A DNA stretch of 64,000 nucleotides from Octopus sinensis (GCF_006345805.1 NC_043006.1:14384001-14448000), one strand, 5' to 3'; shown: positions 13,419 through 25,394, numbered from the stretch's first letter. Notes: a model not told the origin generated them from the sequence alone. Translations and numbers: made by a program.

Positions 13419-13629
13419 TTGAAAACAAACGGTGTCTAGACTAACAGAAGTGGTCAATGTCTCAATGGAACTATGTCACTAGTGATGATGTATTCTCATT
13501 CACTATTTTCCCCACTTTATGGCAAGTTTATGTGTGAAGACAGTCTAAAGAAGCCTGCAATCTGGACTGTTTAGCATCTACCATGAAGCATGAAAGTGGA
13601 TCTGTGATGATTTGGGAAGCCATTCCACA

Positions 13630-14047
13630 GAATTGGCAGACACCCATAAAATTATTAACCATCTTACTAATAATAACTCTGAGCACCTTTTCAAACTTCA
13701 TCTGTCTAACACCCGTGGACATGTTTACAAAGTCAGAAAACAGCACAGCTCCCATAACTTTCGAAAGCATTTTCTCACACTGAGAGTTGCTGAAGCATGG
13801 AACAGACTGCCGGCATCAGTTGTTAGTTGTCGGAGCACTGCATCCTTCAAAACTTCCATGCTTCCTGAGATTCGCTAACACTACACCTGATTTTCTCCCC
13901 TCCATACACACGCAAGCATGTATCTGACTCATACACTGTTCACTTCCCAGGCATTTGTACATTACTGCATATGCTTTATACGCACTTTTGACAAGTTGTG
14001 GTGCACCTGAGCACTGTATACAATAATTTCATTATCATTATATTATT
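13630..14047 (+). mobile_element. CR1/L2-type LINE 3' fragment inside the Tc1
   Basis: TRGHVYKV ... RKHFLTLRVAEAWNRLPASVV ... SFK is a CR1-type C-terminus; followed by a 3' UTR and (ATT)n tail. Confidence 0.8.
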
Positions 14048-15081
14048 TAATTCTCTTGACCCTTTAGTTATTCTACATGGCAGAGTTAACACCAAGGATT
14101 GTCTGAGTATTTTGGCTGATTATGTCCATTGTATTGTGAAGGTGCATGGCTTAGTGGTTAGGGTAATCAGCTCACGGCCATAAGGTTGTGAATTCAATTC
14201 CTGGTGGTACATTGTATCCTTGAGCAAGACACTTTATTTCCCATTGCTCCAGTCCACTCAGCTGGCAAAATTCAGTTGCACCTGTAATTCAAAAGGCTGA
14301 CCATGTTACATTCTTTGTCACGCTGAATCTCCCTGAGAATTATGTTAAGGGTACACATGTCTGTGGAGTATTCAGCCACTTGCATGTTTATTTCATGAGC
14401 AGGCTGTTCTGTTGTTGATCAGATCAACTAGAGCCCTCATCATTGTAACTGACAGAGTGCCTGTTTTATTTTGTTCATTGTATGGATCAACTTGAACCCT
14501 CATTGTCATAACCGACAGAGGGGCAGTTTTTTTGTTTTGTTCATTGTACAGTACAAACATTGTCTTTTCCTGAAGGTCATGCCGAATCCTCCTGAGAACT
14601 GTGTTAATGGCATATGTGTCTGTGGAATGCTCAGCCACTTGCATGTTAATTTCATGAGATGGCTGTTCCACTGATTGGATCAATTGGAACCCTTGTAATT
14701 TCTGATGGTACTGCACTCTATCAGGACAACAATGCACCAATTCACAAGGCTAATGTCAGTCAAAATCAGTACGAAGAGCACAAAAATAAATTAAACCACT
14801 TGGATTGGTCCCCATGATAAACAGAATCTAATATTTATGGTGCATTTTGGAGCAGCAAGCAAGGAACTACTTCCCTCAGCTGTCATCACTGAAAGAGCTA
14901 AAACAGGTTTTGCTTGAAAAATGGCTCAAAATTCCTCTAAGAACCATTCAGAACCTGGCCAACTGTTCAATACATTAAAGCTATAATTGATGTCAAATAT
15001 AGACCAACTCCCTATTAAATAAAACTTCCATTCAACAAAGTGTTTCTATTATTTTGTCCAGTACCTGTATGTGTATGTATA

Positions 15082-15706
15082 CAGGGTTGGCCAAAAGTCA
15101 CCCAACAGTAAATTAAAATTCCATAAATACTCTTTGTAATTCTGTATTGACTTGAATGGAAAAATGTGTTGCTCGAGAAGGACTTCAGTTTGAACAATCT
15201 TCATGATGTTTCATATTTAGATGCTTTTATTAAATTCATTCATTTTAAATGATCGTTGCCAGAGCGGCTAACTGGCTTCCGTGCCGGTGGCATGTAGGAG
15301 ACACCATTCGAGCAGGATTGTTACCAGCATCGCCTTACTGGCACCTGTGCCATTGGCATGTGTAAAAAGATTCGAGCGAGGTCGTTGCCAGTGGCACATA
15401 AAAAACACCATTTGAGCATGGCCGTTGCCAGTACCGCCTGACTGGCCCCCATGCCGGTGGAACATAAAAGCACCCACTACACTCTTGGAGTGGTTGGCGT
15501 TAGGAAGGGCATCCAGCTGTAGAAACTCTGCCTGATCAAGACTGGAGCCTGGTGCAGCCATCTGGTTCACCAGTCCTCAGTCAAATCATCCAACCCATGC
15601 TAGCATGGAAAGTGGACGTTAAACGATGATGATGATGATAAATGAGGATGAAATCTTGGAATTAAATGGTTTTGATTTACTGTCAGGTGACTTTTGGCCA
15701 ACCCTG
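15082..15706. mobile_element. Tc1/mariner MITE carrying a nested RTE 3' end (about 15250-15638)
   Basis: Perfect 21-bp TIR CAGGGTTGGCCAAAAGTCACC with TA flanks. Confidence 0.8.
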
Positions 15707-16273
15707 TATATTAATGTGTGTGTGCATTTGCTTCCATCTGTGTTCACTTGTACAGGAGTTGTTGCAATGCTTGAGCAGTGTTGCTTGTTGGCACTTTCCC
15801 TGCCAATAAATCATTTGCTTGCTCTGTACTTTCAGCAGTGTGAAATAAGAGGTCCACAACTTGAAAAACAGGTAAGGCTTAGCATCAAGAAGGATATGTG
15901 GCTGTAAATCAATGCCTTGGAAATATAATCATCTAACCCATGCTAGCATGGAAAAACTGGCATAAAATTGAACAAATGAACAAATATATGTGTAATTGTA
16001 TGTATAGTGTGTGTGCCTGTGCGTGTTTCATATGAAACCTGTTTAAGCAAAATGGGAACATTATGTTGACAGTCCCAGCAATTCTGGATTTTTTTAAAGG
16101 CAAATGGAATAGAAAATCCCTTAATTAAAAACAGATAAAGGTTAATGACAGGAAGAGCATCTATCTGTAAAATAATCCATAATAATAAGTGTTTGCTCAA
16201 CCCATACTAGCATGGAAAACATGGAAAATGATCAAATGAAGAAACAACAATAAACAATAAGCTAAATGAATGA

Positions 16274-16279
16274 TTTATT
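16274..16279 (-). terminator. Probable annexin polyadenylation signal AATAAA
   Basis: AATAAA about 300 nt after the stop, followed by a GT/T-rich element (TTATTGTTTATTGTTGTTTC). A second AATAAA directly follows the stop codon. Confidence 0.55.
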
Positions 16280-16400
16280 GAAATATTTCTATAAATTTGT
16301 AATAATGGTTCAATTAATATTCAGTAAATGCAATAGTATCTTCAAAAAATAGGAAATTTTAAAGTAAAGTTACTTAATAATGATAATGAGATGGAAATAT

Positions 16401-16442
<42 letters not shown>

Positions 16443-16575
16443 CAGTATGTCAGCAGTGATAATTGGAAATTTGAAACAGCTGTTAGGAAAGAGATATTGA
16501 CTATCAGTGGTTATATGAAACCATCTACATTTTGATAGATTTATGTAGACGTAGGTATAAAAGGGTGAATTTATT

Positions 16576-16704
16576 TTACTTTGGGTCACCAATAAGAGAC
16601 AAGAGGACTTTCTTGTAGTCACCACTGCAGTCACCTTTGATGAAGCTGCCTAAAGTTTTCCCTAAAACTTCATTGAACTTTTCCTTAATCTGGACCATGT
16701 CAAC
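16576..16704 (-). CDS. Annexin last coding exon: VDMVQIKEKFNEVLGKTLGSFIKGDCSGDYKKVLLSLIGDPK*
   Basis: CAG acceptor; 129 nt to the TAA at 16578-16576; typical annexin C-terminus. Confidence 0.95.
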   Translation of the reverse strand, partial: VDMVQIKEKFNEVLGKTLGSFIKGDCSGDYKKVLLSLIGDPK

Positions 16705-16821
16705 CTGAAATAAAGAGATAAAAAAATTAAATATGTTGTAATAAAGAAAATTACAGACATATATATACTAAGGTATCTTAACGACAAATATATTAAGGTA
16801 CATTAACAGCATGTATTGCTT

Positions 16822-17520
16822 TTACTTGTTTCAGTCATTTGACTGCAGCCATGCTGGAGCACTGCCTTAAAAGGTTCTTTAGTCAAAGAAATAGACCTCA
16901 GGACTTATTTTATATGTCTCTTTTGCCGAACTGCTAAGTTATGGTGGTGTAAACACACCAACATTGGTTGTCAAGCAATGGTGGAAGGACAACCACAGAC
17001 ACAAAGATACACACACACACAAAAAAAAAAAAACCCACACAAACACATACAGGCTTCGTTCAGTTTTCTGCCAACTAAATCCACTCACACAGCTTTGGTC
17101 TTCAGATATGACAATTTTTAAAAAGCTAAATCAGAAAAAAAAAAAAAAAAACAGTATGGCTGTGTGGTAAGAAGCTTGCTTACCAACTACATGGTTCCGG
17201 GTTCAGACCCACTGTATAGCACCTTGGGCAAGTGTCTTCTACTATAACCTCAAGCTGACCAAAGCCTCGTGAGTGGATTTGGTAGACAGAAAAAGAAAGA
17301 AACCCATTTTATATATATGTATATGTTTGTCCCACGACCATCGCTTGACAATCGATATTGGTATGTTTATGTCACCATAACTTAGCAGTTCGGCAAAGGA
17401 GACCGATAGAATAAGTACCAGGCTTACAAAGAGTAAGTCCTGGGGTTGATTAGCTTGACTAAAGGCAGTGCTCCAGCATGGCCACAATCAAATGACTGAA
17501 ACGAGTAAAAGAATAAAAGA
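16822..17520. mobile_element. Two family 1 SINEs in inverted orientation within the last annexin intron
   Basis: Minus copy at about 16822-17100 and plus copy at about 17150-17520. Confidence 0.8.
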
Positions 17521-17548
17521 AACGGAATTCAACAAATCGTTTACTCAC

Positions 17549-17661
17549 CTCTGAACGAGAGACAACGATGCGGATCAGAGTGGCATCGTTGGTGCCAGCA
17601 CCTTTCATGGAGTAATACAGACTTTCAGCAAAGAAAGTGTGCATCTCCCGGATGCTTTTCA
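17549..17661 (-). CDS. Annexin exon G: (V)KSIREMHTFFAESLYYSMKGAGTNDATLIRIVVSRSE
   Basis: CAG acceptor, GTGAGT donor; 113 nt, phase 1 to 0; repeat 4 signature LIRIVVSRSE. Confidence 0.95.
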
Positions 17662-18349
17662 CTGAAATGGAAAACAAGAAAGAGAATTCAATACATTGAT
17701 TACTCTGGATTCTACGAAAGAATTTTGTTTTGACAAGGTTATGGTAAATTTTTGCATGGTTAAAGCACATTTAGTTGGATTGAATATGATCATCATCATC
17801 ATTTAGCGTCCGCTTTCCATGCTAGTTGTTCTAATTGTTGGAAGATACATAAAGAAAGTTTTCTTGTCTCTAATGTAGATAAAATCATCATCATCATCAT
17901 CATCGTTTAACGTCCGTTCTCCATGGGTTGGACGGTTCAACTGGGGTCTGGGAAGCCAGAAGGCTGCACCAGGCTCCAATCTTGATCTGGCAGTGTTTTT
18001 ACGGCTGGATACCCTTCCTAACGCCAACCACTCCGTGAGTGTAGTGGGTGCTTTTTACGTGCCACCCACACAGGTGCCAGACGGAGCTGGCAAACAGCCA
18101 CGATCGGATGGTGCTTTTTACATGCCACCGGCACGGAGGCCAGTCGGGGCGGCGCTGGCCACGGCCACTATCGGATGGTACGCTTACGTGTCACCGGCAC
18201 TGGTATCGCAGCTGCAATTTCCATTGATGTTGATCGACTTCGATTTTGGTTCTGATTTCTGATTTGATTTGATTTGATTTGATTTTGATTTTGATTTCCA
18301 ATTTCCACTTGCCTCAACGGGTCTTCACAAGTGGAGTTTTGTGTAATAT

Positions 18350-20340
18350 AAATGTTACATTTCCATTCACTCGTTACAACCTGTGTCAGCCAAATTATGG
18401 AGTTGATTCCCACACCTCTATCATTAGCAAAGCCACAATAGTCTCCCCAGACTCTTCACAGGTTCCTCTGCTATTGTAGCCATGATTTCTGTAAACTCAT
18501 TCTTCACTTCTTTCTGTCTTTCTTTAGTGAATGTTACACTGTGATTTCTTTGCAATATAGAAGACCCGGCAGGACACGTGAGGCCATAACCCATGGCCCC
18601 TACCTGGGACTTAGTCCACCTGTGCATACCTTCTTTCTTGGGACACTTGTGAAGACCTGTTGAGGCAAGTGAAAATCAAAATTGATGAACATCAATGGAA
18701 TTTGTATCTTTGTGGTACCAGTGCCGGTGGCACATAAAAAATCATCCGAACATGGCCGTAGCCAGTACCGCATCGACTGGCCTCCGTGCTGTGGGCACAT
18801 ATAAAAAGCACCCACTACACTCACGGAGTGGTTGGCGTTAGGAAGGGCATCCAGCTGTAGAAACACTGCCAGATCTGACTGGCCTGGTGCAGCCTTCGGG
18901 CTTCCCAGACCCCAGTTGAACCGTCCAACCCATGCTAGCATGGAAAGCGGATGTTAAACGATGATGATGATGATGATAACACATTCTTGTCCAGCTTATC
19001 AGCTCATCTAGTCTGTGTAGGATTCTCATCTCTAGCTAAAAATGCTACATCATCTGTGAAAGCTTTCTTAGGGAAGTGGATTATCATAGGCCAATGTGCC
19101 TTGAGTGGAGGCACATGGCCTAGTGGTTAGAGCAGTGGACACACAGTCAAAGGATCGTGGGTTCGAATCTCAGACCGGGCGATGTGTGTGTTTATGAGTG
19201 AAACACCTAAGCTCCACGTGGCTCCGACAGAAGGTAATGGCGAACTTCTGCTGACTCTTTCGCCACAACTTTCTCTCACTCTTTCCTCCTGCATCTTGCA
19301 GCTCACCTGTGACAGGCTGGTGTCCCATTCAGGTGGGGAACCTATATGCCAAGGAAACCGGGAAACCAGCCCTATGAGCCAGGGATGGCTCGAGAAGGAA
19401 CAAACCTTGTAGGATAATTTTCATTCCAAGAATGAACCACATAACTGAATTTCCATCTCAGGCATCTGCCAAGTTATTGTATAGTCCTTTGTGGTAAATC
19501 TCATGCAGAACTTGCTATAGTAGTCCTTCACCAGTTTGTGGATTTCTGGCAGGATCCTGAAAAGTTCTGTGACAACTCAAGTAGTGTGTGTGAAACTGAC
19601 CCAAAAATATTTGACAGATCAAGCGACGCAAGTGCCAAGGTGCTTTTCTCTATCTTTGCTGTTTGTATGACATCTTAGGTCACAGCCACATAATCTATAC
19701 AACCTGATACATTTAAGACTCCAGCTTTCTGCACCAAACAATCTATATAGCCAGGATCTGCCAAAAACTCATTTGGCAAAAATGACAAGGAATATTTTCC
19801 CACCATCTTAGAAAGGAAATTGGCCTGAATTGGTTACGAGTTGATAAGTTTTGCTCTCTGAGAAGATGGATACCTTCTGCTCTTACCCAATGGCTCATGG
19901 TCACATATTCTTTCCATGCTCTTTGGAGAATGAAAAATAATTTGTTGGTCAAACTAGAACACCTTTCATAAACTTTGTAAAGCTTGCTGTCTTATCCTGG
20001 AATGCACTTTGATTGTGTATTTTTGATAAAACCCCAGAGTTCTTTCATTTGAAAGTCTCCAACATTAAATCTTGCTCCTAGTGCTGCTGGTTTTGGTATC
20101 CCTTGCATTAATGGTACAGGAGTATCTCAAAGATTGTCACTCTAGGTTTGGCTAAGTGCAACTCCAGTTCATCCTTGCTACATATCAGGTTACCATTTCT
20201 GCTCTCCAGAAACAGACCTACTACAAACTTGGAAGAATTTTCAATAAACTTTTTTTAGCTCAGCCACTTGGGCCTCCTCCTTTCTCTCCTCCTCTAAATA
20301 TGCACCAGTTGACAGAGGCACTTCTTTATATCATCATAGA
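18350..20340 (-). mobile_element. Old non-LTR retrotransposon relic (HERO/NeSL-like RT), interrupted
   Basis: AWKEY ... WVRAEGIHL ... NQFRPISFL and EEPVKSLGR fragments; broken by an RTE tail and a SINE. Confidence 0.55.
19107..19404 (+). mobile_element. tRNA-derived SINE, family 3
   Basis: A box TGGCCTAGTGG, B box GGTTCGAATCT; near-identical inverted copy at 28102-28406. Confidence 0.8.
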
Positions 20341-20348
20341 GCATTATA

Positions 20349-20381
<33 letters not shown>

Positions 20382-20508
20382 TCACATATTCTTTCCAAGC
20401 TCTTTGGAGAATGAAAAATAATTTGTTGGTCAAACTAGAACACACACACACACATTTACATATTCCCCCATATGCACACACTTACACCACAAATCACAAA
20501 TATCTTAC

Positions 20509-20686
20509 CAATAGTTAAGTATGCTTTCTGCAAGTCTCCAGAAGTTTCTCGCTGGATGCTGTCCATAATATCTCGGTCGGCAATTTTTTCATAGGCAGCA
20601 AAAGTAGCAATCAACTGAGGCCTGCTGCGCATACTCAATACTTTGTTAAATGCAGATTCGTCAGTTCCAAATTTACCTTCTCCTGC
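20509..20686 (-). CDS. Annexin exon F: AGEGKFGTDESAFNKVLSMRSRPQLIATFAAYEKIADRDIMDSIQRETSGDLQKAYLTI(V)
   Basis: AAG acceptor (the only one in frame), GTAAGA donor; 178 nt, phase 0 to 1; overlaps ORF 20456..20698. Confidence 0.95.
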
Positions 20687-20890
20687 CTTTAGAAACAAAT
20701 TAATATATTGACTTTTGTAAATATATTTTTAATTAACAATAGTTCTTACATATAACCTCTCACTTTAGTTCTAACAGAAGCGATTACATTTAGATGATAG
20801 ATGTTAAAAACTTTCATTACTGCATTTCAAATATCATTCACTAATTATGTTCTTCAATTAATTTTATAAATGATCAAGGATTTAGTTGTG

Positions 20891-21298
20891 GGATCTTTTC
20901 GGTTCGAACAGCAGTTTTTTCTAGCAGTGTCATATGAAATTGTCACCCATAATTATGACCCTAGAATTTATCTATTGCATTTCAATCTCTTTTAGGGTTA
21001 GGGGTGGGGGAAGGGCATCTTTTTTTCTTCGCAAATGTAAATAAACCCAATCTGTTTCTTAAACGAGGGGCATATTCATACGGCACAGAATGCTTTCACC
21101 TCAATAGACGTCATTGATGAGTTGAAATTGCAGAAATTGAAGAAAAAAAACAACAAATATCTTAGAAATATAGAATTTTCTCAATAAAGCCAAGAGAAAA
21201 AGATGTTTTATAAACACATTCTATCAGTATACAAAGTTTAACATTTTTTAATTACCTAGCAATTATGTTAAAAACTGCCGTTCAAACCGAAAAGATCC
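20891..21298. mobile_element. MITE with GGATCTTTTCGGTT TIRs and 8-bp TSD
   Basis: About 29-bp TIRs; TSD TAGTTGTG on both sides. Confidence 0.85.
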
Positions 21299-21665
21299 TA
21301 GTTGTGTTTAGTAAAGCTTTATATTTATTTCTGTATAATGCTTAAAATGCATAGAGTTCCTATCTACACTTTTCCAGGATATTAAATATGGTTACTTCTC
21401 TGATAGCAGCAGAATTTTGTATCATTTCCTACCAAGTTCAACTTTTGAGCATGCTAGGTTTACTTTTAAACTTTTTCCTTCAAGCCTCTGCTTCCTTAAT
21501 CCTTTGACTGCTTCACCCATATAAATTAGGCTGTCAGCATACAAGATTTTCCAGACAATCTTGAATCCTTCTGTTATGGCCTGGAGAACTACAATAAACA
21601 GGAAGAGGAAGAGAACCAAACCCTGATGGCCACCTACATGTACACTAAATGCTTACTGAACACAT

Positions 21666-22592
21666 CATCATCATCATCATCGTTTAACGTCCGTTTTCCA
21701 TGCTAGCATGGGTTGGACAGTTTGACCGGGGGTCTGGGAAGCCAGGAAGCATCAGCAGGCTCCAGTCTGATCTGGCAGTTTTTCTACAGCTGGATGCCCT
21801 TCCTAACGCCAGCCACTCCGTGAGTGTAGTGGGTACTTTTTACGTGCCACCGGCACAGGTGCCAGGGGAGGCTGGCAATGGCCACAATCGGTTGGTGCTT
21901 TTTACGTGCCACCAACACAGAAGCCAGTCAAGACGGTGCTGGCATCGGCCATGTATGGATGGTACATATTACGTGCCGCTGGCACAGGTATCGCAACCGC
22001 AATTTCCATTTGATTTTTGATGCTGACGTATTTGACTCAGTAGGTCTCCTCAAGCACAGCAGGCCGCCCTATGATCCAAGGCACTTTGGATGGAATGGGG
22101 CTGCTCTGTGAAGCTGGTGCAGGAAACAGCCATGAACTCACATTATTTGTCGGGTCTTCGCAATCACAGCATATCTCCAGAGGTCTTGGTCATTGCCTCT
22201 GTGAGACCCAATGTTCGAAGGTCATGCTTGACCACCCAACGTTCAAAGGTCATGCTTGACCACCCAACGTTTGAAGGTCAGGCTTGACCACCCAACGTTC
22301 AAAAGTCATGCTTGACCACCCAACGTTCGAAGGTCATGCTTGACCACCCAACGTTCGAAGGTCATGCTTGACCACCCAACGTTCGAAGGTCAGGCTTGAC
22401 CACCCAACGTTCGAAGGTCATGCTTGACCACCCAACGTTCGAAGGTCATGCTTGACCACCCAACGTTCGAAGGTCATGCTTGACCACCCAACGTTCGAAG
22501 GTCATGCTTGACCACCCAACGTTCGAAGGTCATGCTTGACCACCCAACGTTCGAAGGTCATGCTTGACCACCCAACGTTCAAAGGTCATGCT
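21666..22592 (-). mobile_element. 5'-truncated RTE LINE with 9-bp TSD
   Basis: TSD TGAACACAT at 21657-21665 and 22593-22601; (GAT)n tail; encodes VKHDLRTLGLTEAMT ... LWRYAV. Confidence 0.85.
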
Positions 22593-22598
22593 TGAACA
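22207..22598. repeat. Minisatellite, 14 x 28 bp (CCCAACGTTCGAAGGTCATGCTTGACCA)
   Basis: Units start at 22207+28n up to 22571; head-to-tail with no spacers. Confidence 0.95.
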
Positions 22599-23427
22599 CA
22601 TTGTTAAATTTTACTTTTATGACCTTCACCTCACTATATGGCTTGTGCAGTTCTCACAAGCAATTCACTTATGCCCAACACTAGAGAACATGGTACTCTG
22701 TCAAAGGGGACCTTCTACCAGTTAATGAATGCTAGATACAGTTGATTTCTCATAACTAAGAACTTCTGTAATTGTTTCATCAAAGAGTATTGGTTGTACT
22801 CTATCTTGGCACAAACCCAAATGACATCTCATCTCCCTTAATTCTGTACCTAATTAAATATGCTATAATATTTTCTGCTACTTTCATAACATGAATTTGA
22901 TGCCACAATAGTTGCTTCTTTCAAGAGCATCTCCTTTGTACTTCTAGTAGTAGACAATATCGTTACTACACCAGCTGTCACACCTTCTGGTACCACTTGT
23001 ATTCTATGGGAGTGATTGGCATGTGTCCTACTTCAGTGGAATATTTTCAGCTTCTCAGTGACTATATACATCTGATAGTCCATAAGTTTAATGGTTCCTT
23101 CAATCTTATAGTTGTCACTTTTAATAGCAGGTGGCCTCTCTTTCTTCTCAACCTCAATGAGAACAAATATGTGGCCATCCTGTATACACTCCCCACTTTC
23201 ACAACATCCTAATATGTTCTGACATTTGTACTAATATGTATATCTTTGCTATCTAGATCACTTCTTGATCTAGATCCTCTCATCACAGAATGCCAGCACA
23301 CATCTTATTTTCTGCCTCATTCTTTGCTAAATATATCTCACATCTAGATTCTCATCTGATACTGTTCCTCACCCCTCATTTCTTTCAAGCTTATCTTGTA
23401 AGTTTTAAGATTCTATATACTCAACCA

Positions 23428-23844
23428 GGATCTTTTCGGTTTGAACGGCAGTTTTTTAAAATAATTTCCATGTAACTAAACACTTTTAAACTTCGTATAC
23501 TGGTAGAATGTGTTTATAAAACATCTTTTTCTCTTGGATTTATTGAGAAAATTCTATAGTTTGTAAGATATTTGTTGTTTTTTTTCTTCAATTTCTGCAA
23601 TTTCAACCAATCAATGATGTCTATTGAGGTGAAAAACATTCTGTGCCGTATGAATATGTCTCTCGTTTAAGAAACAGATTGGGTCTATTTATATTTCTGA
23701 AGAAAAAAAGATACCCTTCCCCCACTCCTAACCCCAACTCTAAAACTGATTGAAATGCAATAGATCGATACTAAGGTCATAATTATGGGTGACAATTTCA
23801 TATGACACTGCTAGAAAAAACTGCTGTTCAAACCGAAAAGATCC
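23428..23844. mobile_element. Second copy of the GGATC-TIR MITE, inverted relative to 20891-21298
   Basis: Same TIRs; TSD CTCAACCA/CTCTACCA. Confidence 0.85.
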
Positions 23845-24113
23845 CTCTACCATTCCACCTTCATATCACCTTGCTCTAACCACAAATTTGATCTGTAGTT
23901 TACAGCAGGCTGTCTCATAGAAACTCCCAGTTTTCTGTTTCCTTCTCATCACAGACACTAACATTTCTTTGAACTTCTATAGAAGGCTGAGAAGCCTTTC
24001 AGTTTCTATACTTACATTTTTCAGATTGTCTGGTATCTCCGACACCATCCAGCTCTCACCCTGGTATCACTATTTCCTAGCCTATGCCAGATTACATAAT
24101 CTTTACTAGGAAA

Positions 24114-24473
24114 GAGAGGCGGTTGGATGGAACTTACACTCGCCTCCTTATAAGAGCTCAAAATCTCCCGTGGAAGCGTCATCTAACCAAAGTACAAATA
24201 TATGGGAAACTACCACCTGTATCATCTCTTGTGAAAGGTAGAAGAGTCCAGTTTGCTGGACATTGTTGTAGAGCTGAAAACGAGGTAATTTCTACTCTTC
24301 TCCTCTGGAAGCCATCTGCTCGCGATACCAGAGAGCGCACACTCTCCTACCCTGATGTAATCTCCAGGGATACAGGCATCCAGCAACAGGACCTCCGTAA
24401 TGCTATGATGGACCGTGAAGTCTGGGGTAGCATAGTAAATTCCACTGTCTCGACCACGGTCAAACAATGATGA
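24114..24473 (+). mobile_element. 5'-truncated RTE/RTE-X LINE with 11-bp TSD
   Basis: Open frame LDGTYTRLL ... RRVQFAGHC ... AMMDREVW; TGATGA tail; TSD TTACTAGGAAA. Confidence 0.85.
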
Positions 24474-25245
24474 TTACTAGGAAAAGACCCAATGTTCACT
24501 GGCAGTTGTCTATCCTGTTTCTAGCTGAGTATAAAGTCAATCAGATTTGTGTGTTCAACTGGTACTAAGGAGATGGCTGAGTTCCTAATGTTAGAGTTGT
24601 ACTCTAACATTAGAGAACTTCAAGCAATGACCTTGATTCTGCTTCATTCTTTGTACCATATTTATAACCACTATGTAACTCAGTAATTATCATGCTATTG
24701 TTTAAATTGTGAAGGCACATGGCTCAGTGGTTAGAGCGTCAAGCTTACAATCGTGAGGTTGTGAGTTCAAATCCCAGACCGGACGGCATGTTGTGTTCTT
24801 GAGCAAGACACTTTATTTCACGTTGCTCCAGTTCACTCAGCTGTAGAAATGAGTTGCGACGTCACTAGTACCAAGCTCAATCAGACCCTTTGCCTTTCCT
24901 TTGGATAACACTGGTGGCATGGAGAGGGGAGGCCGGTATGCATGGGCGACTGCTGGTCTTCCATAAACAACCTTGCCCGGACTTGAGCCATGGAGGGTAA
25001 CTTTCTAGGTGCAATCCCATGGTCAGTCATGACTGAAGGGGGTCTCAGTTGTTTAAATTGTCCATTAAAGTTACTAGCCACAATAACTAAGTCCTTGTCA
25101 TCTGCTATTGAGCTGGACATCTTAGAAATAGTTTTTTGCTCTAATAAGAATGAAAATTCAGTTTGACCAATCTACTAATGAAAGTTATAAATTAATTATG
25201 TAGCAACTAGCCAACTAGCAAGTTTGTGAAAACATAATTACTTAC

Positions 25246-25394
25246 ATCATAAAGTTCTTGAGCATCCTTGTTAGCAAGAGCTGCATCAACATTCATGTCA
25301 GTGCTACGGGCACAAGTAGTCTGAGAAACAAGAATGCGTTTCAAATGACCACTGGTTTCAGAAATAATGGCATCTTCCAACTGATCACCAAATA
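25246..25394 (-). CDS. Annexin exon E: (L)FGDQLEDAIISETSGHLKRILVSQTTCARSTDMNVDAALANKDAQELYD
   Basis: CAG acceptor, GTAAGT donor; 149 nt, phase 1 to 0. Confidence 0.95.

Larger units (their letters stand above)
12508..15067 (+). mobile_element. Decayed Tc1 transposon with nested insertions
   Basis: Degenerate TIRs with TA flanks; transposase pieces DLSDFQRGKIVGA, TMKHESGSVMIWEAI and YQDNNAPIH occur in order across the insertions. Confidence 0.85.
21350..25120 (-). mobile_element. Old RTE-clade LINE relic hosting younger insertions
   Basis: GGHQGLVL ... LQAITEGFK ... ILYADSL (RT) near 21500 and VIVASNFNG (endonuclease GDFN-like) near 25070. Confidence 0.7.

Noticed and set aside
22207-22598. 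CRISPR array
   Set aside because: Units are head-to-tail with no unique spacers, derive from RTE coding sequence, and there are no cas genes; the context is eukaryotic.
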